A DNA stretch of 64,000 nt from Oikopleura dioica. Taxonomy: Eukaryota; Animalia; Chordata. The notes beneath the pieces were generated by a model. That model ran no database searches. It was given only the letters and a program-made list of their open reading frames with translations, and was not told the DNA's origin. How positions within the stretch are numbered: position 1 is the first letter of the stretch; every line of letters starts with the position of its first letter. The DNA lies in contig OU015567.1 of assembly GCA_907165135.1 (NCBI GenBank), forward strand, positions 12,896,001-12,960,000, in the 5' to 3' direction. Made by a program: the position numbers and the translations under genes. This document shows, piece by piece, positions 12,801-23,792 of the stretch.

Positions 12801-14205
12801 ACCCCGGCTTTTCGGCCGTATTCAACCCTTCCTCGAGTAAGAACCTTAACACCATGCATCTTTTCTCTCACCCTAACCCTAACCCGTATGTCAATTTCTC
12901 GCAATTAGGGACATACAGTAACAAGACAGTAACAAAATCACTCGACGACTAATAAGCTAAACAAAGGCCGATTCCACTCGAAAAGGCAAGTTCAAATCGA
13001 AAAGCGTGACCAACCTGATCGAGGCGAGCTTTGGCGTCTCGCCAAGCTCTTCCGTATTTGATCGGCTGTATTCGAATTCTAACAGGCGAACGCGCTCACC
13101 AAAGACCGAGACGCCGGAAAAAGAGGTTCCATGCCTTGTGTTCTTTTCCGTAGCACAGTTTGATTTCAGAACTAATCCCAGTGCACAAATCTCACAAAAA
13201 TATGCTGATTCCTTGTTCAAGAGTTGATAGACTCGCTCAATCATGAATGATTCAAGATTAGAATAGAATTATCATCAATTAACATGTAGATTTGCATGAA
13301 AATACCGATCTCACGGGCACTTCGCTTATGTTAACATTTTCTTTAGCACTTCATTATCGAGCGGCACGAAAAAGGACACGTTGTGAAAGAAGTCAAGGGT
13401 ACGCCGTCTAGCGTCAAATCCGATATTGCCAAGGAAAGACGGCGAACGACAAACAATTCCAATACTCCAACGCGTTCTCCTGCCACTGCTCGACGCAACG
13501 TCAATCTAAACCAGTCGTTGCCTGTCGACCGCTCTTCTGTAGAGCGCAGTAGGCCACTGAAAGGCGACAGTAACTCTGCGAGTAGAATGAAAAAACATCG
13601 CAGTCAAACTCCCTCTCGCTCTAGAATCGGTTCATCGACCCCGCCGCGCTCATCCTCGGCGACGCCTTACTCGACTCCTATGACCGCGAAAACGCCGAGG
13701 ACAAAACGGCTGACCTCGCAGGAATCCATGGCACCTGGAAAGAGCTCCGGAAAGACGTCTCGTGAATCGAGCCAAGACCGCAAGGTCAACATGAAGGTCT
13801 ATCGCGACGATAGACTAACACTAGAAGATCTCGGCTCGTCGACAAAAGACGAGAAAGCTCCAACAAAAAGGCCAAAATCCGCTGCGGAGATGGCGCTCCA
13901 AAGCTTATCTGTGTCTTTGCATGGAGTTTCGGGGGAATTAGTCAAGCCCAGAATGGAAGCGAGGCCAGGATCGGCTAGGAGTAGAATACCCGTCCCGGTT
14001 GGGAGGAGGGTCAACACTCGAAGCCCTTCGCCATTCTTCAGGTTTGAAAAGTCTGATTTATTAAGCGTAACACACTTTTAGCAATGAATCTCCCGAAAGA
14101 GCTGATTCTGGAATAGACATTTATAACGATTTCGAATCTCCGACAAATACGATGCGTCGTCAACGCGCTGCCGAGGCAACTCGCCCACCAGACATCATCG
14201 AGTGA
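9846..14205 (+). CDS. GAS2L: GAS2-like actin-microtubule crosslinker (CH domain, GAR domain, long S/P/R-rich tail)
   Basis: CH domain: [66 protein letters not shown] domain: [29 protein letters not shown] at about 12010-12100. Tail carries SRIPVP (SxIP). ATG 9846 has an in-frame upstream TAA. The 3' end is 14205, or about 14286 if the gtgagt donor is used. Confidence 0.9.
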
Positions 14206-14513
14206 GTCCGGAAGAAGCTCACAGTAGTCGTCCCTTTGCTGCTCAATCTCCGTGTTATATTAGCGCTAGCTGTGAATTACTGTAACTGTACGAGTAGTAG
14301 TCACCAAACAAATATTCCACGACAATTCTACGATTCCGAAAAAAAAAATGTTAGCGACGAAGAAAAATCCGCCTATCCACTTGTGTATCATACTTTTCCA
14401 ATTTCTGTACTTCTGGACAAGAGTTTTTCTATTTATTTTAAATAAAGCTTTGAGCTTTTTAAATTCATAATTTCGAGCAACAGTGTTTGTTTTCTGGCAA
14501 GTAGGGTTTATCA

Positions 14514-17500
14514 TTATTGTTGTTGAAATTTTTTGATCGTTTTTGAGATGTCAAGTCGGAGGTTTGATCCTGGACGAGAGCGGCTTACAGGCTGTGTTTC
14601 TGGGGCTCCGTGTCTGAAATTTCTTTTTAATAATTAGTCGGTTTTGTTGAAACTTGCCTTGTTTGGATTGAAGTTCTGCCGGGGCCTTTTAAGAGAATGG
14701 AACTGTTATGAAGAGCTTCAAAGTTTGGCGCCGCCTGAATTTCGGTTTTAATAATTGTATCGAATATACTCGATTGTGACTTTGAAAGCGTGCTAAGAGT
14801 GTGTTGTAAAAGAAACCTGTCAATACCTGATCGTGAGGTCGCGAATGCTTTCGACGCTGCTGTGACGGGACATGGTAGGAAGAAACGTGGTAATACGGGC
14901 TATCGGAGCATTCGGAACGGACATCGTCTTGATCGGAGCTAAAATGAATTACTTAGAGGGCAAATTTTTAATTTATCGAACAGAGGCTATCTTTGAATTT
15001 TTTGAAATTATCGAAAACGCTGTTAGTTGCACCCATGCGAACCTATATTGCGAAGCAGTATCGAAGGAAGTAGCTTGTCGGCAGTGCTCAATTTTAGGTT
15101 TTGGCCTTGGCGAAAGACCGAATGTGAATTTATTTTCAGAGTTGCTCATCGGGCCTGCTGAGCGTGGCGATGTAGGAAGATTACTGTAGTGATCGAGTGA
15201 GTGGCGGCCGCTCATCCCTGACTTAGGGCGGTTGGAAGGGTCAGAGGGGAGGCGGCTGATGCCTCGATGGCCCACATTCCCTATTTCCGCACTAAACACA
15301 TGCATCATACTCTGTTGACAGCGAGCAATAAATACCTCGAGACAAACTTCTGATTTAGAGATATGTTCTTTGTTTCGTTTAGATCGAGCATTGGCTGATG
15401 GTGTGGCTGGTTCTTCGTCAAATGAGCTCTATCTTCAATCAACTGTAGTTGTGGAGCACTGATATTTCGTCTCGCCTAAACGTCAGTCGTTCTCGGTAGT
15501 GAAAATTTCAAAATACCTTATCCGCCGATTCCGGTCTTATTCTACCGAGAGAGGTTAGCTGTGGAGGCTGCGACGAATTCAGCGAGTTTCCTGATGATGA
15601 CTTTCGTAAGCGAGTGTCATCAACATCAAGATGTAATGAACTCGATGATCTTCCAGACGATGAAGAGATTTTGTTGACTTTTCGTTGGAAGCGCGGCGAA
15701 ACCGTACTGAAATCAACAATGAGTTTACCGCAGCTTAAAACACTGAACGCTTAGAGGATGAATGTTTGAGGATTATCGAAGAGAAATTGACTTGTAAAAC
15801 ACGTATTTCGCGCTCATTACTGAGTTGGCTTTTCAAAGAGCGCTCATCATCGCATTGTCAGCTCCTTATTTCATCACATAAGTTTACCTAGATCAAATTC
15901 CGTACATTTTTTACCCAAAGAGTTTCAGTTATTTATCTTGATAGAAAACCCGCTTTCATCAAGATAAATTTGGTATCAAGGCCTAAAGTACTTTCCAGTG
16001 CACGCGGCACTCAAGTACTTTACAGCCTACGTGAAGTATCACAGATGATATCACGTAAAGGGAGGACCACCAAAGGTTTTTGACAAGCAAAAACTTGGAA
16101 AATATTTTCTTATAATTGCCTTGGTGGTGTGATTCTCGAACTTAGCGGGCGGCGTTCTTCTAGAGACGTTCGTCTGATCATTTCTAACCTGGACTCATGA
16201 GCGGGCTTCCGATAGCCGACAGGGTTGTCGCAAGAGTGTCTCTGGTGAACGCGCGAAACTGCTTCTGAATCCGAGTCGTCGGACATGAGCCGAATGTCTG
16301 AATAGCCAGTTCCATCGTGTCCTGGGCGGCAATTCGTCCGTCTCTTATGTGATATTCGTTGTGAATACTCTTAAATTCATGGCTAGCCAGCTTTCACAAC
16401 AAAGAAAAATACCTGAATCCCCTCCAGATTCATATCCAGACGGACTAGGCAGAATCTCATCTGGCTGAGAAGAGCTTGGAGTAGTTGGGATCGACGTAGA
16501 CGCTGATGTTGACATAGACGAAGTCTCGCAAGCTAAGCGCAATAATAAAGTACACTGATTTTCAAGTGGGTACTTACATCCTTGATTAGGGTCATCTTCA
16601 GATTGTATAGACGCAATGGAATGTCTCTCCAGAATCACATCGTGGTCTTATCAGTGATCTCGCACAAGTCTAGCATCGGCTAGGGGCCTAGACTCGAGGG
16701 CTTCAAGTGGGTTTTTATTCTGCTGGAGTGATAGATCCTTTCCTGATAAATCGCCAGATGGGCAAATTGTACTACGCCCACTGCCAAAGCTACCATTGCT
16801 TATGTTCGATTTGAAACTGTCAGGTGGTGATCCTCCGATCGTCGAGCTTCTGTACGATTCTGTTGGACTTATGAAGAAGTCTGTTTGTGAACCCTTGTCA
16901 CGTGTGATGGGACCTAAAACAAAATAACCGCAAGCTCGATAATACTCAAACTAGGAAGTTGGTATCTTACCGCAGTTGACCTGGACTCTGACCCCGCGTT
17001 TTGGCTTGTTGAGTATATTTTTCAGTTCTTGTTCGAGTAGACGGACTTGTTGTTGAAGAAGGCCGACTTTCTGTTGGAGACGCTCTTCGTTTGGAGAATA
17101 GCCTGGTTGAAAGATTTCCGGAGAATTGCAGGAGACTGTATTGAACTGTGTCATGTTGGCAGTGGAAGAACAAGGTGACATATTCGTCAACATATTTAGC
17201 CCTCTCGAGACAGCAGCATCTTTCCCTAACAGGGTCAGATTGTCATGTGATTGACTTTTGGAATAATCTCCTGAAGCGTTCTCGATCACGCGGGGTTCAG
17301 TCCCTTCTGGACCCTTGATTATTGCGCGAGCTTCATTGTAAGATATCGTCTCATTAGAAGTACTCGTTTGCCTAGAAAACTTGCAGAAGGGTTTTCCATT
17401 TCCCATGCTTTGTGCTTGAAGAATTTCTTCGATTTCTTTCGGCAACATCACAGCTTGGTTTTCTCCAGTCTGAGTGTTTCCGAGAATTCCAAGCGAAGTC

Positions 17501-19138
17501 TTTCTCGTTGAGCCTCCAAACTCAGCCTCGCCTTCTATTTTTGGACAAGAAAGCTTCTTTGGGCTGTATTGAACCATGTGTTTTGAAAGGAGAGGAGAGA
17601 ATGGATATTTATCGGCTGGGGGAGTTCCAACAGATCGCTTGTGTCGATACCCTAAGCAAAAGTTATGATAGAATTCTTGAACTGGAACAACCTAGACCAG
17701 GCTGAACGGTTCCCGGCGTTGACGAGTTCGATGAAAGCGACGTATTTGAGCTGTACTTGTCGTCAAGAGCCACAAGTGAGCTTCCGGAACTGCCACGCGT
17801 GAGTGCTTTCAAGTTTTGATTCGAAAGATTCCTGCCTAAATGAGAAACTAATCACCAGATCACTTTACTCCTTTTTTACCTGAAACTGCCTCAAGCATGC
17901 CTCTGATTGATTCTGCGGCACCCTCGCCTTTTCCCGAAAACTTGAATTTTCGATTGAACGAAGTTTCTTCAATTTGGCCGATATTGATCAATCCGTGGTT
18001 CTTTGAAGCTTCTCGTTGAGCATCTTCCCACTCTTTCATCTTCTTCTCCTTCTTTTCGAGCTCTTCCTCTCGCTCTTTTATCGAGGAATGCTGCTCCGTA
18101 CGCATGCTTTCCACGAGGTCCTCGTATTCTTCCTCCCAATCTTCTTTGTTGCCCATAAATGAGTTGGTTTCGTCCATAAGTTCTTGATCGAGCTCCATTT
18201 TTTCAAGGTCCAAAATGATTGCCCGAAAGTCTTTTCTATCCTTTGGATCGTGCGCCCAGCAAGTATTGATAAGCTGCTTGATTTCTTCTGGCGCCTTGTC
18301 AGGTAAAACCGGTCGTTGACGCTTTTCCACGACCATCCAAGCGACTTGAAAACCTTCCATGCCTTTGAACGGCACTTCTCTTGTCAGCATCTCCCATAAA
18401 AGAACGCCAAAAGAGTAGACGTCGCACAAATCGTTCGATTTCTTTCCTTGAATTAATTCAGGCGCCATCCATGGAAATGTTCCCACCATGGTCATCGTCG
18501 CCGTTTGAGTTAAATATCTGGAGGCGCCGAAATCGCATAATTTCAAAGTGTAGTCGTCGCCGACAATTACAACGTTTTTCGATTTGAGATCTCGATGGAT
18601 GACTAGAAAATGAGTTATTTTCAAGCAGCTTTTTGCTCTGGAATTCGCTGTATTTTTATAGAAAGAAGAGAAAATACTCGCGATAATCCATAATTGACCT
18701 CAGTCAATACCTTTGCAAGGAGCTTCATTGTGAAGATAGTTCACGCCTCGCGCAATGTCCAAGGCCCATCGGATCATTTGCTCGAAATCCAACTTGGCTG
18801 CTTCTTTCGTCTGTAGAAAGCTGTACAAACTTCCATAACGCGCGAATTCAATCAAGATACTGTAATTGCCCGGTTGTTCACAAGCGCCGTAGAATTCGAT
18901 AATATTTGGGTGATTGAGCATCGCTAGAATGCTCGCTTCTTTCTCTTTGCTCGGGAGCTTTTTCACCGCAATTTCCATGTTTTTGAATTCGCCGCGAAAA
19001 ACGGAGCCGAAGCTCCCCGAACCGATAGGTTCGTATATTCGAACTTCATCTGGTTCGACTAATGTATAATTATCCTGAAATTTTCCAATCAACAGATGAA
19101 TAATTTTTCAACTGCAATACCTGCGGAATATTCTCCAT
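14514..19138 (-). CDS. MAP3K20: ZAK/MLTK-type MAP3K with coiled coil and long Ser-rich tail
   Basis: MENIPQ|DNYTL... leads into GSGSFGSV, AVKKL, EKEASIL, VIHRDLKSKNVV, DFGAS, GTFPWMAPE and WEMLTREVPFKGMEGFQVAW, closely matching ZAK. The kinase region (17860-19138) is secure. The tail exons and the 14514 stop are tentative. Confidence 0.85.
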
Positions 19139-19849
19139 TTTTTTCTTCAGTTCGATTTTACATCAATCAGCGATTCTCTTAATCTGAGTTTGAGCTTCTC
19201 TCTATTATGAAAAAAATTGGCCGGTGTCAATTATTCAATGGTGGTGGCGGAGCGGCCAATTTCGTTATTAATTTGTTCGTGGAGTAAAACGCACTTTTGA
19301 TGGGATGGCGTTTTGGATTGCTCCTCTTTCGGCACAAGTTGCTGGCCTCGATTTCGCGCGCTGAGCACTAGGGGGATAATTTGCGACTGTACAAGACAGT
19401 CCTTACTTTTACACCACAGTTATCGCAAAATGGCTCGCGTGTGTGATCCCACCCCACCGCACCTCACTTTAGTGCTGAAATCTTACCCGCCAGGCTTAAA
19501 AAATTATCCAAGGTCAAATTTTTGAAAGTCAAATTCAATTATAAAATATTTAAAGCTGTGTCTAACCCACCCCCTTCATTTTTAGATTGAATTTCGATTT
19601 CAGAAGCCATTACTGAAATCAAGGAAGAGATCGAAAAATCCTCATCGTTTTCCATGATTTCAAGCGAAAAAACTTTATGACGAAATAATTTCAATAAAAA
19701 CTTTTTATGATTATAAATCAGCTGCTTTTTAAAAAAAACGGGGCCAAATATTTTTGAACCTCGAATTCTTCGAAATTGCACGAAGCAGAATTTGAATTGT
19801 GTCAAAGTTATTTTAGCTTTATGCTAAAAATATCTTGAAAGCGGAAGGC

Positions 19850-21450
19850 CTTGAACCTATGTGCATCACGTCACCCTTCCAGCTGCGGAATTCCTCCTCC
19901 CTGTCAACGTGAAAGTGTCAGTGTGAGGTCTTTGACGCCGCGAACGGCCACGTTCGAGGTGGTTACGACTTCAGAGCTTTCAGGTGCATCTAAACGTGCC
20001 CACACGTCAATGCACGTCAAATGCTTAGCACAGACACATCAAAAGGAATCAACCAGAGCCGACAAAATCAGAACGGATACGGAACAGAGAAAATTAAGCA
20101 TCCTCGTTTTTCACATCGTTCGAGCCATAACGTTATCAAAATCAGCCTGTTCTCTTGAAAATAAGAGCCTCTTAGATACAATCCATCAAATGCAGCAGCT
20201 GCTGATGAGAATTGTCCCAACGCGGCTAGCCGGATCGGCAGCAACTAGGCACGGTTCCAAGCCATAACAGAAATATATATCCGCGGGAACGAGCTTTTCT
20301 CCTCAATTAGATGTGCGATTCTGAGCTTTGGCTCAACTTTCGCGTTCAAATTTACTCAACTGCTTCCTGTTTTTGAATTTCACATCTTAGGCTAAGAGTC
20401 GCAGGTGTCAACCTTCGGAACTAGTCGATCAAATTCAGCCAAGGCAAAGTCTCCGATTCGGATGTGAAAGCTTTTGTCAATCAACCATTTTTTCGCAAGG
20501 TAAGATTTCCGTCAAGAATCCAGCCCTTGATTCTTTTTCTTCGGTTCTTTTCTGGCACATTTTGGGACTCGACATATTATTACTATCTCCAGCTGTTGGT
20601 AAGATTTTTGCCAAGTCCTGCCTTTTCTCTCAAACAACTTGGAAAACATTTACGACTGTGGCCTTACGATTATGAGCCTTATCGCGTCAAGGACTGGCTT
20701 CCTCCGCTCGGACAGGTGATCTTGGTCGATGAAATTCGTCGAGCACGCTTTTGCTGCTTCCTCCCCAGGAGATAGCCACATCGATAAATCGCCGATAGAC
20801 AAGTTTTGACTTTCCCATAATTTCAATATTATTAGAATCGGAAGACCGGCGGATACTTGCTTTCAAAGCATAATTATGAGGTAGAAGCGAGTTTGAAAAC
20901 TGTTATTTTTCAACGACTGTACAATATTCTTCAATTGTCCCTTTCAAATAAATTGGAAAATTAAGTCTTTTGATCCCTAAGAGGTCGAATTTTCTCCCGC
21001 CAAGATAATCGTTTTCAACCGATTTCACAAAACTTCTGACAATAAAGAGTAATAAAAGATCGGTAATAGCTTTGAACTCGACACTTGGCTCAACTCTGTC
21101 AAGCTGAAACACATGCAGCTATAACTGGCCGCAGTTAAAATCATTTTCTGATCCAAGGGCCAACGCCCGGGCTGATACTCCGAGAACTAGCCAAATAAAA
21201 AGTGAGTCAAAAGAATTTACAAGAGAGCTTTCAGGTTCATTAGCGAAATCAAGTGGCGTTTTGTCAACTGGGAAAGTGGCCCGAGGACCGTGCCCAAGCA
21301 AACAGGCCGCTCTTGGAGTGCTCTTGGTGCAAGTTTATGGAGCATTGTCACCCGTCAAGTGGCAACTTTGGCGTTTTTTTCTTTCTCTCGCACGTTAGGG
21401 GACAGACTGTTTTGTTTGGGCAATTTCGGAAGCAGCCTGTAAGAGCAATA
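19850..21450 (+). other. Unresolved probable multi-exon gene
   Basis: Several splice-site-flanked open segments (e.g. FDAANGHVRGGYDFRAF, PYDYEPYRVKDWLPPLGQ, NRKTGGYLLSKHNYE), but I could not build a coherent model or recognise a family. Confidence 0.3.
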
Positions 21451-21594
21451 AATAACCATAATGAGGGTAAACAGTGATAAAAATATCCGGTCCAAGTGGA
21501 CTCACGATAAATGTTGGTTTACGCACGGAAAGTGATAACACTGATAATGAAAAACGTATCACAAGTGCTTTTCTTTAACTGCGGTTTATGACAG

Positions 21595-23792
21595 GATAAT
21601 TTCAAAAAAATTTTTGCGGGTCCGGGGATTGATGACTAAGTTCGTGGGGACTAGGTTCGTGGGACTAGGTTCGTAGGTGGTTATGCCAAAGTATGCAAGA
21701 TGGGGTATGGTTTCCTTTCTATAAGGAACAATGTGATGCGACTAGGTTCGTGGGACTAGGTTCGTAGGGGTGCTAGGTTCGTGGGTTTTGAAATAAGAGA
21801 TTTTTCTATAAGTATTATAAGTATTATAAAAATTATGAATTTTTTTATAAGGAACAATTGAGTGCGACTAGGTTCGTGGGACTAGGTTCGTGGGTTTTGA
21901 AATTTTTTTATAAGGAACAATTGAGTGCGACTAGGTTCGTGGGACTAGGTTCGTGAGTTTTGAAATTTTTTTATAAGGAACAATTGAGTGCGACTAGGTT
22001 CGTGGGACTAGGTTCGTGGGTTTTGAAATTTTTTATAAGGAAAAGGAGGGTGCGACTAGGTTCGTGAGACTAGGTTCGTGGGTTTTGAAATTTTTTATAA
22101 GGAAAAGGGGGTGCGACTAGGTTCGTGGGACTAGGTTCGTGAAGACTAGGTTCGTGAAGACTAGGTTCGTGGGACTAGGTTCGTGGGACTAGGTTCGTGA
22201 AGATTAGGTTCGTGAAGACTAGGTTCGTGAGACTAGGTTCGTGAGACTAGGTTCGTGGGACTAGGTTCGTCGGACTAGGTTCGTGGGTTGTAAAATTGGG
22301 TAAAGTTAAATGGTAAAAATGATTTTCCCACCCCCTCCCACCCCCAAAATAAGCCGCTAGGCTCTTTAACTGAATTTCTATGTTAGCGCTGAATAACAAT
22401 GGTTGCCTTAGAATAGAAACCCACGAGCCTAGTCCCGCGAACCTAGCGGCAACCCATTTTTCCTTATTAAAATAAATTTTAAAAGCCACGAACATAGTCC
22501 CACGAACCTAGTCGCACCCCATTTTCCTTATAAAAAATTTTTAAAAGCCACGAACCTAGTCCCACGAACCTAGTCGCACCTCCCTTTTCCTTATAAAAAA
22601 TTTCAAAACCCACGAACCTAGTCTCACGAACCTAGTCGCACCCCACTTTTCCTTATAAAAAATTTCAAAACCCACGAACCTAGTCCCACGAACCTAGTCG
22701 CACCCTCCTTTTCCTTATAAAAAATTTCAAAACCAACGAACCTAGTCCCACGAACCTAGTGGCACCCTCCTTTTCCTTATAAAAAAATTTCAAAACCCAC
22801 GAACCTAGTCCCACGAACCTAGTCGCACATAATTTCTCCTTATAGAATAAAAATAATTACCAATTAAAAACCCACGAACCTAGTCCCACGAACCTAGTCG
22901 CACATATTTTTTCCTTATAGAATAAAAATTCTAACCAATCAAAAACCCCGAACCTATATTTTGATAGCAATATTATATTATATGATCATAGAATTACAAT
23001 ACATATATATAAATATATATAAATAAATATATACATATAAATAACACTTAATCATTATAAATAAAAATATACATATAAAATCAAAAACTCACGAACCTAG
23101 TCCCACGAACCACGTTTTCCAGCCAGCCACCCACGAACCTAGTCTCACGAACCTAGTCCCCACGAACTTAGTCATCCCACACGGAAATCTTAAAAATTCT
23201 GAAAGTGCAGTTTTCTTCAGCTCATCAAGACGAGTCGAATGATGGGTCAAACTCTTGATAACCCCAAGGATTGACCGGTTTACCGGCTGGTTACCGGAAA
23301 ATACGTTTCCGGTCGCCGTTTTTGTTCTAGAAATGCTAGGATGATGAATGAACCCGTAAACTGATCCTTATGGTCAGTTCTACTGTGGGCAAAAAGATAT
23401 TGGTCAAATATATAGCGAAACTTTTTTATCGATTAAAATCGAAATTTTGTATGGTATCTCGTTGTTGCTGCGCCTTCCTAATTTTCGGTCCCATTTTCAT
23501 GAGAAAATAGAATTTCGGTGATAAGCACCTTATGGTTAGAGATATGATTTTCATTTTTCACGCACAGAAGAGCTAACTTAAAGAACCAGTTTCCCACTTT
23601 TTTGTCATTCTAGCATTTCTAGAACAAAAACGGCGACCGGAAACGTATTTTCCTGAAACTGCCGGTTAACCGGTCAATCGTTGGAGTCATCAAGAGTTTG
23701 ACCCACCATTCGACTCGTCTCGACAAGCTGAAGAAAACTGCACTTTCAGATTTTTATGATTTTCCGACCCGCAAAAATTTTTTGAAATTATC
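21595..23792. mobile_element. Non-autonomous TIR element (MITE), about 640 bp native length, ~190-bp imperfect TIRs, 4-bp TSD ACAG; left TIR interrupted by a foldback insertion
   Basis: gataatttcaaaaaaatttttgcgggtc at 21595 is the reverse complement of the end at 23792. The TIR continues at 23185-23344 (aaatcttaaaaattctgaaagtgcagttttcttcagc...) and pairs with 23605-23765. acag flanks both ends (21591-21594, 23793-23796). No ORF. Confidence 0.8.
21626..23181. mobile_element. Foldback-type element, 1.56 kb, arms built of tandem 14-bp ACTAGGTTCGTGGG units within ~60-bp higher-order repeats
   Basis: The left arm (21626-22290) carries ACTAGGTTCGTG(GG/AG/AAG) repeats and the right arm (22420-23181) the reverse complement CCCACGAACCTAGT. 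Both termini read gatgactaagttcgtggggactagg inward. cgg is repeated on both flanks (21623-21625, 23182-23184). No transposase ORF. Confidence 0.85.

Noticed and set aside
21626-23181. CRISPR-like or telomeric array
   Set aside because: Eukaryotic context, no unique spacers and no cas genes. The units are inverted between arms, and the 14-mer is not a TTAGGG-type repeat.
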